The notes under the pieces: generated by a model
The model's input: only the letters and a program-made list of their open reading frames with translations
Told to the model about the DNA's origin: nothing
The model's database searches: none
Part shown: in pieces, positions 33,973-43,616 of the stretch
Layout of the letters: every line of letters begins with the position of its first letter
How positions within the stretch are numbered: the stretch's first letter is position 1
Translations under genes and position numbers: made by a program
NCBI GenBank assembly: GCA_023386765.1
Contig: JAEWJD010000151.1
Span: 1-43,616 of the forward strand
Length of the DNA: 43,616 bases
Reading direction: 5' to 3'
DNA from: Pseudomonadota bacterium
GTDB taxonomy: Bacteria; Pseudomonadota; Gammaproteobacteria; Burkholderiales; Burkholderiaceae_B

Positions 33973-36662
33973 GGTCCTTCCTCCTCCTGAGGCGCCTGCC
34001 CCGATGGCAGCGTCAGGCGCACCGTGGTCCCCACCCCCTGCGGCCCGGGCAAGGCCTGCACCTTGCCCAGGTGAGCGCCGATGATGCCCTGCACGATGGT
34101 CAGCCCCAGGCCGGTGCCCTGCTTGCCCCGGTCGCCCCGCTCGACGCTGTAGAACATATCGAAAATCCGGTTGCGTTCGGCCTCCGGGATGCCGGGGCCG
34201 CGATCCGAGATGTCGACCCGTACCGTGGCACGATCCAGGCGCCGGGCCTGCACCTCGATGGCCTGGCCCGGCGGCGAGAACTTGGCGGCATTCTCCAGCA
34301 CATTGAAGAGCGCCTGTTCGATCAAGGCCGGATGCACGTGAACCAGGCCTATGGCCGGGTCGACCGTGATGTCCACCCCGACGCCGGGCGCATAGCGTTG
34401 CAGCCGCCGCGAGGCCGAGCCGAGCAATTCGTCCAGCCCGATCCAGTCGCGCGCCAGCGTCAATCCGCCCTGGTGCCCCAGCCGCGTCATGTCGAGCAGA
34501 TTCTGGATATACCGGTCCAGGCGCTCGCCCTCGATATGAATGGTCGACAGCAAGCTGCGCTGATCCTCCTGCCCCAGGTTCTGGCCATAGCTGGCCAGGG
34601 TGTCGGCCGCGCCGATGATGGCCGACAGCGGCGAGCGCAGATCGTGCGACACCGAGGACAGCAGGGCCGAGCGCAGCCGTTCGGTTTCGCCGGTCAGGCG
34701 GGCGCTTTCCAGCTCGGCCACCAGACGCGTGCGCAGCGCCGCCTGGCCGATGTCCTCGACCATGCGCTCGGCCAGGCGGCGCTGCTCGAACGGCGCGCGT
34801 GCGGCAGCGTCGGCAAAGCGCAGGCCGACCACGCCCAGCACCTGCTGATCGGCACGGATCGGCAGGAACCACCATGACGAGTCGGCCAGGGTATCGGTAT
34901 GGCGCCCGCTGGGCAGACCCTGCTTGGCACTCCAGTCGGCCGCCAAACGGTCTTTTCCGCTCAGCTGGGCGGCGGCTGCGGGCGGGCCGCTGACGTCATC
35001 GATGCGGATCCAGGCTTGCGCGCGCAGGGTCGCCTGCAGCACGGCCGAGCCTGCCGCCACGACCTCGCCCAGATCGGCGGCGTTGGACAGTTTGCGCCCC
35101 AGGGTCTGCATGGCCGTGGCGTGGGTATTGGCCGCGCGCAGCGCCACCACCTGCATGCGCAGGCGCGAGGCCAGCCGCCCGGCAATCAGTGCCGCCCCCA
35201 GGAAAAGCAGCACCGTGGCCACGCCGCGATGCGCGCTGATGCGCAAGGTCAGGCGCGGCTCGATGAAGAAGAAGTCATAGGCCAGGAAACACAACACGGC
35301 CGTGATCACGGCCGCGGTCATGCGGCTGCGCGAGGCCACCAGGATGACGGCCACCAGAAACACCAGCGACAGATCCTGCAAACCGGCAAAACGCTCGGCC
35401 AGCGCCGCCGCCGCCACCGCCCCCAGACTGGCCAGCACGATGAGGGTTGCCTCGCGCCAGCCGGGGCGCTCGACGCCACCGGGCTCCCAGTGCGCCGCGC
35501 GACGCCGGATCTGCGGGGTGCTGATGATGGTGAGCTCGTAGCGCGCGCCACGCTGGAGCAGCTGCTGGGTCAGGGTGCGGTTGAAGATACGCGCGATGGG
35601 CCGCTCGCGGGTGCGCCCGATGACCAGGGCACGCGCGCCGCGCAGGGCCGCGGCGTCCAGCAGCGCCTGGGTGATGTCGGTGTCGTAGCGCACCTCCGTT
35701 TCGCCGCCCAGGCTGCGCGCCAGCGCGAAAGCCCGGTCGATCTCCAGTTGGCGCGCCTGCCGGGCCGGCGGACCGCCAGGGGCACCCGCCGGGCTGCCGC
35801 GCCCGGTATCGACCGTGACCACCGACCAGGGCGCGCCGCGCCGCTCGGCAATGCGCGCACCGGCCCGCACCAGGTATTCGGAATGGCCCGCGCCATCGAT
35901 GGCGATCAGTACGTGACGCTGCATGGCGATGCCGGGTAGCCCGCGTGCGGCACGCGTCTCGCGCAGATCGGCGTCGACCAGGTCGCTGACGGTCTGCATG
36001 GCCAGCTCGCGCAGCGCCGTCAGGTTGGACGGCGAGAAGAAGGCCTGCAGCGCGCGCGCGGCCTGTTCGGGCAGGTAGACCTTGCCCTGGTTCAGCCGCT
36101 CGATCAGTTCGCGCGCCGGCAGATCCACCAGACGGATGTCGCGCAGGTATTCGAACAAGGCATCGGGCACGGTCTCGGTGACCCGGATCCCGGTGATCTG
36201 GCGCACCACATCGTTCAGGCTTTCAAGGTGCTGGACATTGACCGTCGTGTAGACGTCGATACCGGCGTTGAGCAGTTCCTCCACGTCCTGCCAGCGCCGT
36301 TCGTGGCGGCTGCCGGGGACGTTTCGGTGAGCCAGCTCATCGACCAGCGCGATCGCCGGGCGGCGCGCCAGCAGGCCGTCCAGATCCATTTCCCGCCGCT
36401 CACGCCCCTGATGGGGCATGACCCGGGGCGGCAGGCTCGGCAAGCCCTCGACCAGCGCCTGAGTTTCCTGGCGCCCGTGCGTCTCGACCACGCCAATCAG
36501 CACGTCCTGCCCCTGGCGGTGCAGCTCACGTGCCCGCGTGAGCATGGCGAAGGTCTTGCCGACCCCGGGCGCCGCCCCCAGGAACACGGTCAGACGCCCG
36601 GACGCCTGGCGGCGCAAGGTGCCGATCAGTGCGTCGGCCTGGCGGCTGCGGTCATCGCCCAT
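33969..36662 (-). CDS. kdpD: KdpD sensor histidine kinase
   Basis: GRLTVFLGAAPGVGKT, ETHGR, LVDELAH, RWQDVEELL, Usp-like domain, 4 TM, GAF, H-box SVSHDLRSPL, GTGLGL. Confidence 0.97.
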   Translation of the reverse strand: MGDDRSRQADALIGTLRRQASGRLTVFLGAAPGVGKTFAMLTRARELHRQGQDVLIGVVETHGRQETQALVEGLPSLPPRVMPHQGRERREMDLDGLLARRPAIALVDELAHRNVPGSRHERRWQDVEELLNAGIDVYTTVNVQHLESLNDVVRQITGIRVTETVPDALFEYLRDIRLVDLPARELIERLNQGKVYLPEQAARALQAFFSPSNLTALRELAMQTVSDLVDADLRETRAARGLPGIAMQRHVLIAIDGAGHSEYLVRAGARIAERRGAPWSVVTVDTGRGSPAGAPGGPPARQARQLEIDRAFALARSLGGETEVRYDTDITQALLDAAALRGARALVIGRTRERPIARIFNRTLTQQLLQRGARYELTIISTPQIRRRAAHWEPGGVERPGWREATLIVLASLGAVAAAALAERFAGLQDLSLVFLVAVILVASRSRMTAAVITAVLCFLAYDFFFIEPRLTLRISAHRGVATVLLFLGAALIAGRLASRLRMQVVALRAANTHATAMQTLGRKLSNAADLGEVVAAGSAVLQATLRAQAWIRIDDVSGPPAAAAQLSGKDRLAADWSAKQGLPSGRHTDTLADSSWWFLPIRADQQVLGVVGLRFADAAARAPFEQRRLAERMVEDIGQAALRTRLVAELESARLTGETERLRSALLSSVSHDLRSPLSAIIGAADTLASYGQNLGQEDQRSLLSTIHIEGERLDRYIQNLLDMTRLGHQGGLTLARDWIGLDELLGSASRRLQRYAPGVGVDITVDPAIGLVHVHPALIEQALFNVLENAAKFSPPGQAIEVQARRLDRATVRVDISDRGPGIPEAERNRIFDMFYSVERGDRGKQGTGLGLTIVQGIIGAHLGKVQALPGPQGVGTTVRLTLPSGQAPQEEEGP

Positions 36663-36744
36663 CCTGGATTCCCTTTGCGGTTGCGCGCCGGCCCGCCTGT
36701 CGCGGACCGGCTGCGCCTACTGTAACGCCACTGGCGCGGCCGGT

Positions 36745-38835
36745 TCAGAAAAAGGGCGTCAGCAACATATCAATCAGCTTGATGCCGATGAACGGAGCCA
36801 CCAGCCCGCCCAGCCCGTAGATCAACAGGTTACGCCGGAGCAGGCGCTCGGCCGGCTCGGCGCGGTATTTCACCCCACGCAAGGCCAGCGGCACCAGGGC
36901 CACGATGATCAGGGCATTGAAAATGACTGCCGCCAGAATGGCCGAGCCGGGGCTGTGCAGGCCCATGACATTGAGCGAAGCCAGCGCCGGATAGGTGCCC
37001 ACGAAGGCAGCCGGGATGATGGCGAAGTATTTGGCCAGGTCGTTGGCCACGCTGAAAGTGGTCAACGCGCCGCGCGTCATGATCATCTGCTTGCCGACCT
37101 CGACCACCCGCAGCAGCTTGGTCGGATTGCTGTCCAGATCGACCATGTTGCCCGCCTCCTTGGCCGCCTGGGTGCCGCTGTTCATTGCCACGGCCACGTC
37201 GGCCTGCGCCAGGGCGGGTGCGTCATTGGTGCCGTCGCCGGTCATGGCCACCAGATGGCCCTGGGCCTGGTACTGGCGGATGAGCCGCAACTTGTCTTCG
37301 GGCGTGGCCTCGGCCAGGTAGTCGTCGACCCCGGCATCGGCGGCGATGGCCGCTGCCGTCAGGGCATTGTCGCCAGTGATCATCACCGTTTTGATGCCAA
37401 TGCGGCGCAATTCGGCAAAGCGTTCCTTGATACCGCTCTTGATGATGTCTTTAAGTTCGACCACGCCCAGCACGCTGGCGCCGTCGGCCACCACCAGCGG
37501 CGTGCTGCCGCGCTGCGCGACGCTTTCGATGGCGCGCATCACGCTGTCGGGAAACGCACCGCCGGCGCGCTCGATATGCTGACGGATGGCCGAGCCCGCC
37601 CCCTTGCGCAACTGACGCGCGCCCAGGTCCAGTCCGCTCATGCGGGTTGCCGCGCTGAAGGCGATCGCCTGCGCACCGGCCGGCGGTCCGGCCAGCGCCT
37701 CTTGCGGCAGCTCGAAGCCGCGCCGCGCCAGCGCCACGATGGAGCGGCCCTCGGGGGTTTCATCGGCCAGCGAGGCCAGGCAGGCGGCTTCGGCCAGCTC
37801 GCGCTCGCTCACGCCGGGCGCGGCGATGAACGCTGCCGCCTCGCGGTTGCCCAACGTAATGGTGCCGGTCTTGTCCAGCAACAGCACGTCGACGTCACCC
37901 GCCGCCTCGATGGCCCGTCCGGAGGTGGCCAGCACATTGGCTCGCATCATCCGGCTCATGCCGGCGATCCCCACGGCCGACAGCAGCGCGCCGATGGTGG
38001 TCGGGATAAGGCACACCAGCAACGCGATCAGCACCGTCAGGCTGACGGTCTGGCCGCTGCCGTTGAGCAGCACGCTGAAGTAGGAGAACGGCAGCAGCGT
38101 CACGCATACCAGCAGAAAGATCAAGGTCAGCGCCACCAGCAGGATGGTCAGCGCCACTTCGTTGGGGGTCTTGCCGCGGCGCGCGCCCTCGACCATCGAG
38201 ATCATGCGATCGAGGAAAGCCTCGCCGGGGCGCGCCGTCACGCGCAGGATGAGCCAGTCGGACAGCACCCGCGTGCCGCCCGTCACCGAACTCAGGTCTC
38301 CGCCCGACTCGCGGATCACCGGCGCGGACTCCCCGGTGATGGCGGACTCATCGACCGACGCCACGCCCACGACCACTTCGCCATCGGCCGCAATGATCTC
38401 CCCGGCGTTGACCAGCACATAGGCCCCCACCGTCAGGGCGTCGCTGGGCACGGGCGTCACGCGGCTATCGCGCTGCGGGGTCTCGAGCACATTGGCCATG
38501 ACGGCGCGCCGGGTGGCGCGCAACGCCTGGGCATGCGCCTTGCCACGCCCTTCGGCCAGGGCCTCGGCGGCGTTGGCGAACAACAGGGTGAACCATAGCC
38601 AGGCGGCCACGGCAAAGATGAACCCGGCCGGGGCATCGCCCTCGCCGGCCAGCGCCTGCAGGCCGAGCAACGTGGCCACGATGCTGCCGACGTAGACCAC
38701 GAACATGACCGGGTTCTTCACCTGGTCGCGCGGCGAGAGCTTGCGCAACGCCTGCCAGGCGATGCCGGCCCAGGCGGGCCGGGGGGTATTCAAGGGAGCG
38801 CCGTGGGTGGCACGGGCAGCTTCAGAATGAGACAT
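36745..38835 (-). CDS. kdpB: K+-transporting ATPase subunit B
   Basis: [50 protein letters not shown] at 38835 after AGGTG. Confidence 0.97.
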   Translation of the reverse strand: MSHSEAARATHGAPLNTPRPAWAGIAWQALRKLSPRDQVKNPVMFVVYVGSIVATLLGLQALAGEGDAPAGFIFAVAAWLWFTLLFANAAEALAEGRGKAHAQALRATRRAVMANVLETPQRDSRVTPVPSDALTVGAYVLVNAGEIIAADGEVVVGVASVDESAITGESAPVIRESGGDLSSVTGGTRVLSDWLILRVTARPGEAFLDRMISMVEGARRGKTPNEVALTILLVALTLIFLLVCVTLLPFSYFSVLLNGSGQTVSLTVLIALLVCLIPTTIGALLSAVGIAGMSRMMRANVLATSGRAIEAAGDVDVLLLDKTGTITLGNREAAAFIAAPGVSERELAEAACLASLADETPEGRSIVALARRGFELPQEALAGPPAGAQAIAFSAATRMSGLDLGARQLRKGAGSAIRQHIERAGGAFPDSVMRAIESVAQRGSTPLVVADGASVLGVVELKDIIKSGIKERFAELRRIGIKTVMITGDNALTAAAIAADAGVDDYLAEATPEDKLRLIRQYQAQGHLVAMTGDGTNDAPALAQADVAVAMNSGTQAAKEAGNMVDLDSNPTKLLRVVEVGKQMIMTRGALTTFSVANDLAKYFAIIPAAFVGTYPALASLNVMGLHSPGSAILAAVIFNALIIVALVPLALRGVKYRAEPAERLLRRNLLIYGLGGLVAPFIGIKLIDMLLTPFF

Positions 38836-38848
38836 GATGGCACCTGCG

Positions 38849-39523
38849 TTATTGATTCCGGAGACGGGCGGCGCCCGCCTTGTCCAGGGCAAGGTTCAGT
38901 TCCAGCACATTGACCCTCGGTTCGCCCAGCAAGCCGAACTGGCGGGCTTCGCGCTGGCGGGCCAGCAAGGCCAGCACCTCCTGCTCGGGCCACTGGCGGG
39001 CTTGCGCCACGCGCGCGGCCTGCAGGCGGGCATTGGCCAGAGAGATGTGCGGATCCAGCCCGGAGGCCGAGGCCGTCACGGCATCGACCGGTACGGCCTG
39101 CCCGGCGTCCAGCCCGTTGGCCTGGCGATAGGCCGCCACCCGGGCCGCCACATCGCCCAGCAGCTGACGGCTGAGCGCGCCCTGATTGCTGGCGCCGCTG
39201 GCCGCCGCGTTGTAGGGTTGCGGCACGCTCTTGGCCGGATCGGCCGGATCCACGCCTTGGGTGGCGCTCGGACGGCCATGGAAGTACCGTGCCTGGCTGA
39301 ACGCCTGGCCGATCACGTGCGAGCCCACGGGCACGCCGTCGCGCAGCACCAGACTGCCCTGGGCCTGGGCAGGCCAGAGCATCTGGGCCGCCCCCGTGGT
39401 CGCCAGGGGGTACACGATGCCGGTGACCACCATAAAGAACAGCGCCGAGATCAGGGCCGGACGCAGCAGGCCGCGCCCAGCGGACCTGGCGATGACGGCG
39501 CCGGCATTGGCTTGATATGACAT
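38849..39523 (-). CDS. kdpC: K+-transporting ATPase subunit C
   Basis: LRPAL, YPLATT, IGQAF...[43 protein letters not shown]. Confidence 0.97.
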   Translation of the reverse strand: MSYQANAGAVIARSAGRGLLRPALISALFFMVVTGIVYPLATTGAAQMLWPAQAQGSLVLRDGVPVGSHVIGQAFSQARYFHGRPSATQGVDPADPAKSVPQPYNAAASGASNQGALSRQLLGDVAARVAAYRQANGLDAGQAVPVDAVTASASGLDPHISLANARLQAARVAQARQWPEQEVLALLARQREARQFGLLGEPRVNVLELNLALDKAGAARLRNQ

Positions 39524-39532
39524 GATGATTCC

Positions 39533-41236
39533 TCAGAAAGTCTGGCCGGACAGCATGAGCAGGTGTTCGGCGATCGGGCCCAGGGCCAGCGCCGGCAGAA
39601 AGGTCAGCCCGCCCACCACCAGCACCACGAATACCAGCAGCACGGTAAAGAGCGGCGTGGCCGTCGAGAGCGTGCCCGCACTGGGCGGCACAGCCTTCTT
39701 GGCTGCCAGGCAACCGGCCACCGCCAGCATGGGCAGCAGCGTCAGATAACGGCCAAACAGCATGGCCAGGCCGATGGTGGTATTGAAAAACGGCGTATTG
39801 GCGTTCAGCCCGGCAAAAGCCGACCCGTTATTGGCCGTGCCCGAGGTATAGGCATAGAGCACTTCGCTGAAGCCATGCGGGCCGCCATTGGCCAGGCTGT
39901 CCAGCGTGCCGGACATCAGGCAGGCGATGGCGGTGAAGCCGAGAATGCACAAGGGATGCGCCAGCACGGCCAGCATGACGTACTTCATCTCGCGCGCTTC
40001 GATTTTCTTGCCCAGGAACTCGGGTGTGCGTCCGATCATCATGCCCACCAGGAAAACCGTAAGGATGGCGTAGGTGACCAGATTGATCAGGCCCACGCCA
40101 TCCCCGCCGAACACGTTGTTGAGCATCATCTGGGCCAGCGGCACCAGCCCGCCCAACGGGGTGTACGAGGCATGCATGGCATTGACCGAGCCGGTGGTCG
40201 CGGCGGTCGTCACCGAGGCGAACAGGCTGCTGCCGGCCACGCCGAAGCGCATCTCCTTGCCCTCCAGGTTGCCACCGCCCTGCGCACTGCTGTGGACCTG
40301 ATCCACGCCCAGCGGCGTAAGCAGGGGATTGCCGCCCTGCTCGGCCCCGTAGATAAGCGACAGAAACCCGACGAACATCAGCACGAAGGCCGCCAGGAAA
40401 GCCCAGCCCTGCGCGCGACGCCCCAGCAGGCTGCCGCAGGCGTAAGTCAGTGCGGCCGGGATCAGCAGCATGCCCAGGATGTGCAGGGTGTTGGTCAGCG
40501 GCGTGGGGTTCTCGAACGGATGCGCCGCGTTCATGCCGAAGAATCCCCCTCCGTTGGTGCCGATGTGCTTGATGGCCTCCAGGCTGGCCACCGGCCCGAC
40601 GATCAGCTGCTGGCGCGCTCCTTCCAGCGTGTTGACCACGGCCTGGGCGTCCAGCGTCTGCGGGACACCTTGCCAGACGTAGACCAACGCCATCACGAAA
40701 CACAGCGGCAGCAGCAGCCGGTACAACACCCGCGTGAAGTCCACCCAGAAGTTGCCGATGTTGTGCATGTCGTGGCGTGCCAGCCCACGCAGGAAACCGC
40801 CCGCGGCAGCCACGCCCGTGGCGGCGCTGACCGACATCAGAAAGGTGATGACCACCATCTGCGACAGGTTCGACAGGCTGCTCTCGCCGGAGTAGGCCTG
40901 CCAGTTGGTATTGGTGATGAAGGACGCGGCCGTGTTGAAGGCCAGGTCCGGCGTCTGCGAAGCCCGCGCCAGGGGATCACCCGGCAGATACTGCTGCAGA
41001 CGCAGCAGCGCGTAGCCCAGCAGCATCATGGCAGCGTTGCTCAACACCAATGCCAGCCCATAACGCTTCCATGACATGCCTTCGGCCGGGTCGATGCCCA
41101 GCACCTGATAGGTGCCGCGCTCCAGCAGGCTGTGCGAGGGCCGGGTAAAAAGGCGGGCGATCCATTTCCCCACCAGCACGGTCGACAGCAGCGCCAGCGC
41201 CAGGAGCGCGACGAATTGTGCGATATCGATAGCCAT
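39533..41236 (-). CDS. kdpA: K+-transporting ATPase subunit A
   Basis: [59 protein letters not shown] at 41236 preferred over TTG 41251. Confidence 0.97.
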   Translation of the reverse strand: MAIDIAQFVALLALALLSTVLVGKWIARLFTRPSHSLLERGTYQVLGIDPAEGMSWKRYGLALVLSNAAMMLLGYALLRLQQYLPGDPLARASQTPDLAFNTAASFITNTNWQAYSGESSLSNLSQMVVITFLMSVSAATGVAAAGGFLRGLARHDMHNIGNFWVDFTRVLYRLLLPLCFVMALVYVWQGVPQTLDAQAVVNTLEGARQQLIVGPVASLEAIKHIGTNGGGFFGMNAAHPFENPTPLTNTLHILGMLLIPAALTYACGSLLGRRAQGWAFLAAFVLMFVGFLSLIYGAEQGGNPLLTPLGVDQVHSSAQGGGNLEGKEMRFGVAGSSLFASVTTAATTGSVNAMHASYTPLGGLVPLAQMMLNNVFGGDGVGLINLVTYAILTVFLVGMMIGRTPEFLGKKIEAREMKYVMLAVLAHPLCILGFTAIACLMSGTLDSLANGGPHGFSEVLYAYTSGTANNGSAFAGLNANTPFFNTTIGLAMLFGRYLTLLPMLAVAGCLAAKKAVPPSAGTLSTATPLFTVLLVFVVLVVGGLTFLPALALGPIAEHLLMLSGQTF

Positions 41237-41247
41237 CACGACCCCGC

Positions 41248-41331
41248 TCAAAGCTTGCCCAGGCCGGCGACAACACCGGCGATCAGCGCAAAGACGACCA
41301 GCGTCAGCGCCACGAATAGAACATCACCCAT
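41248..41331 (-). CDS. Small hydrophobic membrane peptide (27 aa) between kdpF and kdpA
   Basis: Manual translation: [27 protein letters not shown]. Strong RBS GAGGTG; stop 12 nt before kdpA; below the ORF-track cutoff. Confidence 0.75.
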   Translation of the reverse strand: MGDVLFVALTLVVFALIAGVVAGLGKL

Positions 41332-41368
41332 GGATGCACCTCGAATCATTAACGGTCGTACCCGGGGC

Positions 41369-41458
41369 TCAGAACCGTTGCGGTTCCAGCAGGGCGAAGA
41401 TCAGATAGGCAAACAAGCCGACGGTCACGAGCACCAGCCCGATGGTCATGAAACTCAT
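41369..41458 (-). CDS. kdpF: K+-transporting ATPase subunit F
   Basis: Manual translation: MSFMTIGLVLVTVGLFAYLIFALLEPQRF* (29 aa), with the KdpF signature YL.xALLxPExF; RBS GGAGAG. Confidence 0.9.
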   Translation of the reverse strand: MSFMTIGLVLVTVGLFAYLIFALLEPQRF

Positions 41459-41485
41459 GTTTTCTCTCCGGAAGAAAGCAGGCCG

Positions 41486-42175
41486 CTAGAACCCGGTCTG
41501 AAGGGACAGCACCACGCGGGTACCCGCCATATCGGGGAACAGCCGCTTGGCGGCCGAATCGCTCGCATGCAGCGTCAGGCGTGCTTCCAGCGGAGCCTTG
41601 AAGGCCCAGGCCAAGGCCACTGAACCGCTGGTGTAGCTATCGGCATAGGCGCTTTGCAGCACGTAGCGCGACACCGTCCCTTCCAGCCGCCAGCCCTGGC
41701 CCAAAGGCTGGCGCGCACCCAGCGTCAGGTAGCTGCCACGTGTTTTGCTCGCCATGGCGTTGCTGGAATGGCTGATCGACGCCCACACGCGCTCGCGCCA
41801 GCTGAGCGCACCGGTGACCTCGTTCCAGTTCAGACCGATGTCCGAACCCGGATACTGGTAGCGCTGGACATAGAGATCGGCCTCCCAGTCCTCGGCGAGC
41901 GCGCCGCGCCAGCCGGCGGCCAGGTCGAACTCGCTGGCAGCCCCGTTGTCAGGCCGGTACCTCACGTTGGAGCCCCACACCGAGGCGTAGAGGCCGCTGC
42001 CATGGGTGTATCTGAAATCGCCCTGCAGGGCGGGCTTGTCGCGCGTCTGGGAGGATCCGCGCCAGACATAATCGGAGGCCAGCGTCAGCGACCCTGCAAA
42101 CTGCGCCCGCGCCGTCATCGGCAAGACCGACAGCAAGGCCAGGCCGGTCACGGCCATGTATGACTTGCACCGCAT
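41486..42175 (-). CDS. TorF/Gcw_chp (TIGR02001-like) family putative outer-membrane porin
   Basis: Signal peptide ending ARA-Q; LASDYVWRGSSQT..KPALQG, SGLYASVWGSNV, EFDL..GW, YQYPG, C-terminal Phe. ATG at 42175 (start uncertain). Confidence 0.85.
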   Translation of the reverse strand: MRCKSYMAVTGLALLSVLPMTARAQFAGSLTLASDYVWRGSSQTRDKPALQGDFRYTHGSGLYASVWGSNVRYRPDNGAASEFDLAAGWRGALAEDWEADLYVQRYQYPGSDIGLNWNEVTGALSWRERVWASISHSSNAMASKTRGSYLTLGARQPLGQGWRLEGTVSRYVLQSAYADSYTSGSVALAWAFKAPLEARLTLHASDSAAKRLFPDMAGTRVVLSLQTGF

Positions 42176-42231
42176 CGTTTTCTTCGTGTTCGAACGGCAA
42201 AATTGCCTGCACAAAGTATCGATCCGAGCCC

Positions 42232-42280
42232 CGTAAAATTTCCATCACCAAACCCGGGCTGGCCGTAAAGACGGCGTAAA
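42232..42280 (-). promoter_or_regulatory. Putative KdpE binding site
   Basis: Minus strand TTTACG-CCGTC-TTTACG (42280-42264) plus a third TTTACG at 42237-42232; resembles the E. coli KdpE site TTTATA-N5-TTTACA. Confidence 0.65.
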
Positions 42281-42292
42281 TTCACGCGGGAG

Positions 42293-42324
42293 AAAAGCCG
42301 AAAGGCCGCCCTCAAGGCGGCCTT
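42293..42324 (-). terminator. Rho-independent terminator after the PfpI gene
   Basis: Minus strand AAGGCCGCC-TTGAG-GGCGGCCTT followed by TCGGCTTTT. Confidence 0.7.
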
Positions 42325-42343
42325 CCAGGACGGGACGTGCCGC

Positions 42344-42922
42344 TCAGTGCGTAATGCGCGTACCCAACAAGGCCAGGAACTGCGCCAGCCAGGCCGGGTG
42401 CGACGGCCAGGCAAACGCCGTGACGAGATTGCGGTCGGTCAGGGCCTGGTCCATGGCCAGATCCACGTATTCCGCGCCGGCAGCGCGCACCTCGGGCGCG
42501 CAGGCGCCATAACCGCTGCAGCGGTAGCCGCGCAGCACATCGGCGGCGCACAACAGCTGCACGCCGTGGCAGATGCAGGCCACCGGCTTGTCCGTGTCGA
42601 AGAAATGGCGCACCAGCGCCAGCACCGCCTCGTCCAGGCGCAGGTATTCCGGCGAGCGGCCGCCCGGGATCACCAGCCCGTCAAAGCCGGCGGGGTCCAG
42701 CTCGGCAAAATCCGCGGTCACGAAGAAGCGGTGGCCTTCCTTTTCGCTATAGGTCTGCGCGCCTTCGAAATCATGCACGGCGGTGCGCACATAGTCACCG
42801 GCATGCTTGCCGGGACAGACCACCTGCACCTCGTGCCCCACCGCCATCAGGGCCTGCAGCGGCACCATCGCCTCGTAATCCTCGACATAGTCACCCACGA
42901 TCATCAACAGTTTCTTGGCCAT
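42344..42922 (-). CDS. DJ-1/PfpI family protein (type 1 glutamine amidotransferase-like)
   Basis: ATG at 42922 (TGATG overlap); [48 protein letters not shown] nucleophile elbow. Confidence 0.93.
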   Translation of the reverse strand: MAKKLLMIVGDYVEDYEAMVPLQALMAVGHEVQVVCPGKHAGDYVRTAVHDFEGAQTYSEKEGHRFFVTADFAELDPAGFDGLVIPGGRSPEYLRLDEAVLALVRHFFDTDKPVACICHGVQLLCAADVLRGYRCSGYGACAPEVRAAGAEYVDLAMDQALTDRNLVTAFAWPSHPAWLAQFLALLGTRITH

Positions 42923-43248
42923 CAGGCGTTCTCCGGTTCCAGACCGACATAGACGAGGGAACCCTCGACGCGCGTCGGGTACATCATCAGGGGTTTTTCC
43001 GCTGCACCCAGCGCCTGGCCGGACTCGATGTCCCATTGCCACAGATGCTTGGTGCAGATCAGGCGACCTTTCTTCAAAAGGCCATCGCACAGACGCTCGT
43101 CCATGTGCGGACAGACGGCCTGCGCGGCGTAGAAGCGGTCGCCCTGGCGCATCAGCACCACCTCATGGCCGCCCACCTTGCGCTCCACGATCGCGCTTTC
43201 CGCGACGTCCTGGGTCCCGCAAGCCTCGACCCATCTCTTTTGCTGCAT
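42922..43248 (-). CDS. Rieske [2Fe-2S] ferredoxin (toluene/alkene monooxygenase ferredoxin-like)
   Basis: CPH...CTKHLWQWD Rieske ligands; 108 aa stand-alone; RBS GGAGGG. Confidence 0.9.
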   Translation of the reverse strand: MQQKRWVEACGTQDVAESAIVERKVGGHEVVLMRQGDRFYAAQAVCPHMDERLCDGLLKKGRLICTKHLWQWDIESGQALGAAEKPLMMYPTRVEGSLVYVGLEPENA

Positions 43249-43281
43249 TACTACCCTCCACGAAAGCCCGGCATGCGCGGC

Positions 43282-43616
43282 TCAATAAAAATTGTCACTG
43301 CTGATGGCGCCCGGCTCGATGTCGGTCTCCATCAGCAAGGTGCGCAAGGTATGCGCCACCATGGCTGGCGGGCCGGTCACATAGACCGCCGCAGCCGCCC
43401 AGTCGATATCCTCGCGCGCCATCAACCGGTCAACCGGATAGCCCTGCTCGCAGGCCACGCCGATGGCGTGCCGCGGCGGCGCGGCATCGCTGCAGACAGC
43501 GATATGCAAGCCGGCCTGCCCACGCTGGTGCTCAGCCAGTTCATCGGTCAACGCGGCCACCTGGCCGGCGTCGCGCACGCCCCAGAACAGCCACAGACGA
43601 CGACGCGCCAGAAAGC
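43282..43616 (-). CDS. C-terminal NAD(P)H-binding part of an FNR-type oxygenase reductase; 5' end outside the window
   Basis: The frame is open to the window edge: FLARRRLWLFWGVRD...GYP...VYVTGPPAMV...ISSDNFY*. Confidence 0.8.
   Translation of the reverse strand, partial: FLARRRLWLFWGVRDAGQVAALTDELAEHQRGQAGLHIAVCSDAAPPRHAIGVACEQGYPVDRLMAREDIDWAAAAVYVTGPPAMVAHTLRTLLMETDIEPGAISSDNFY

Noticed and set aside
1..43616. CRISPR arrays, tRNA/rRNA genes, IS elements, integrases, prophage or anti-phage defence genes
   Set aside because: No regularly spaced repeats or corresponding protein motifs were seen; nearly all sequence is accounted for by metabolic, transport and regulatory genes.

Overview
High-GC, gene-dense chromosomal window with a betaproteobacterial (Alcaligenaceae/Burkholderiales-like) gene content; the taxon is my inference. 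It is a run of catabolic and transport modules. (1) A porin plus AfuA/FbpA-type ABC importer operon (minus strand, runs off the left edge) with a Pho-box-like promoter. (2) A ~13 kb plus-strand cluster: Liv-type ABC importer, amidase, VOC-type homoprotocatechuate 2,3-dioxygenase, two tandem RidA proteins, hpaE-hpaF-hpaG1-hpaG2, a Crp/Fnr regulator and a cysteine-dioxygenase-like cupin. (3) A FadR/GntR regulator divergent from an IlvD/Edd dehydratase (with an in-frame TAA near its 3' end), an MFS transporter and an FAD oxidoreductase. (4) A LysR regulator divergent from a Dpp/Opp ABC operon carrying two C45 hydrolases, two paralogous binding proteins and a CapA-family protein. (5) A kdp locus in the order TorF-like porin, kdpF, an extra 27-aa peptide, kdpA, kdpC, kdpB, kdpD, kdpE. 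(6) The tail of a reductase, Rieske ferredoxin, PfpI operon. The best candidate for an undescribed system is module 2. It looks like an amino-aromatic (ortho-aminophenol-type) variant of the hpa meta-cleavage pathway. Its Crp-family regulator has an NtcA-type recognition helix (RVTVTR), and two matching TGTATC-N4-GATACA sites each sit 22 nt (counted from the TAC) upstream of a CAGAnT -10-like hexamer. I recognised no rRNA, tRNA, CRISPR, IS or integrase. All family calls come from reading motifs by eye, not from database searches.
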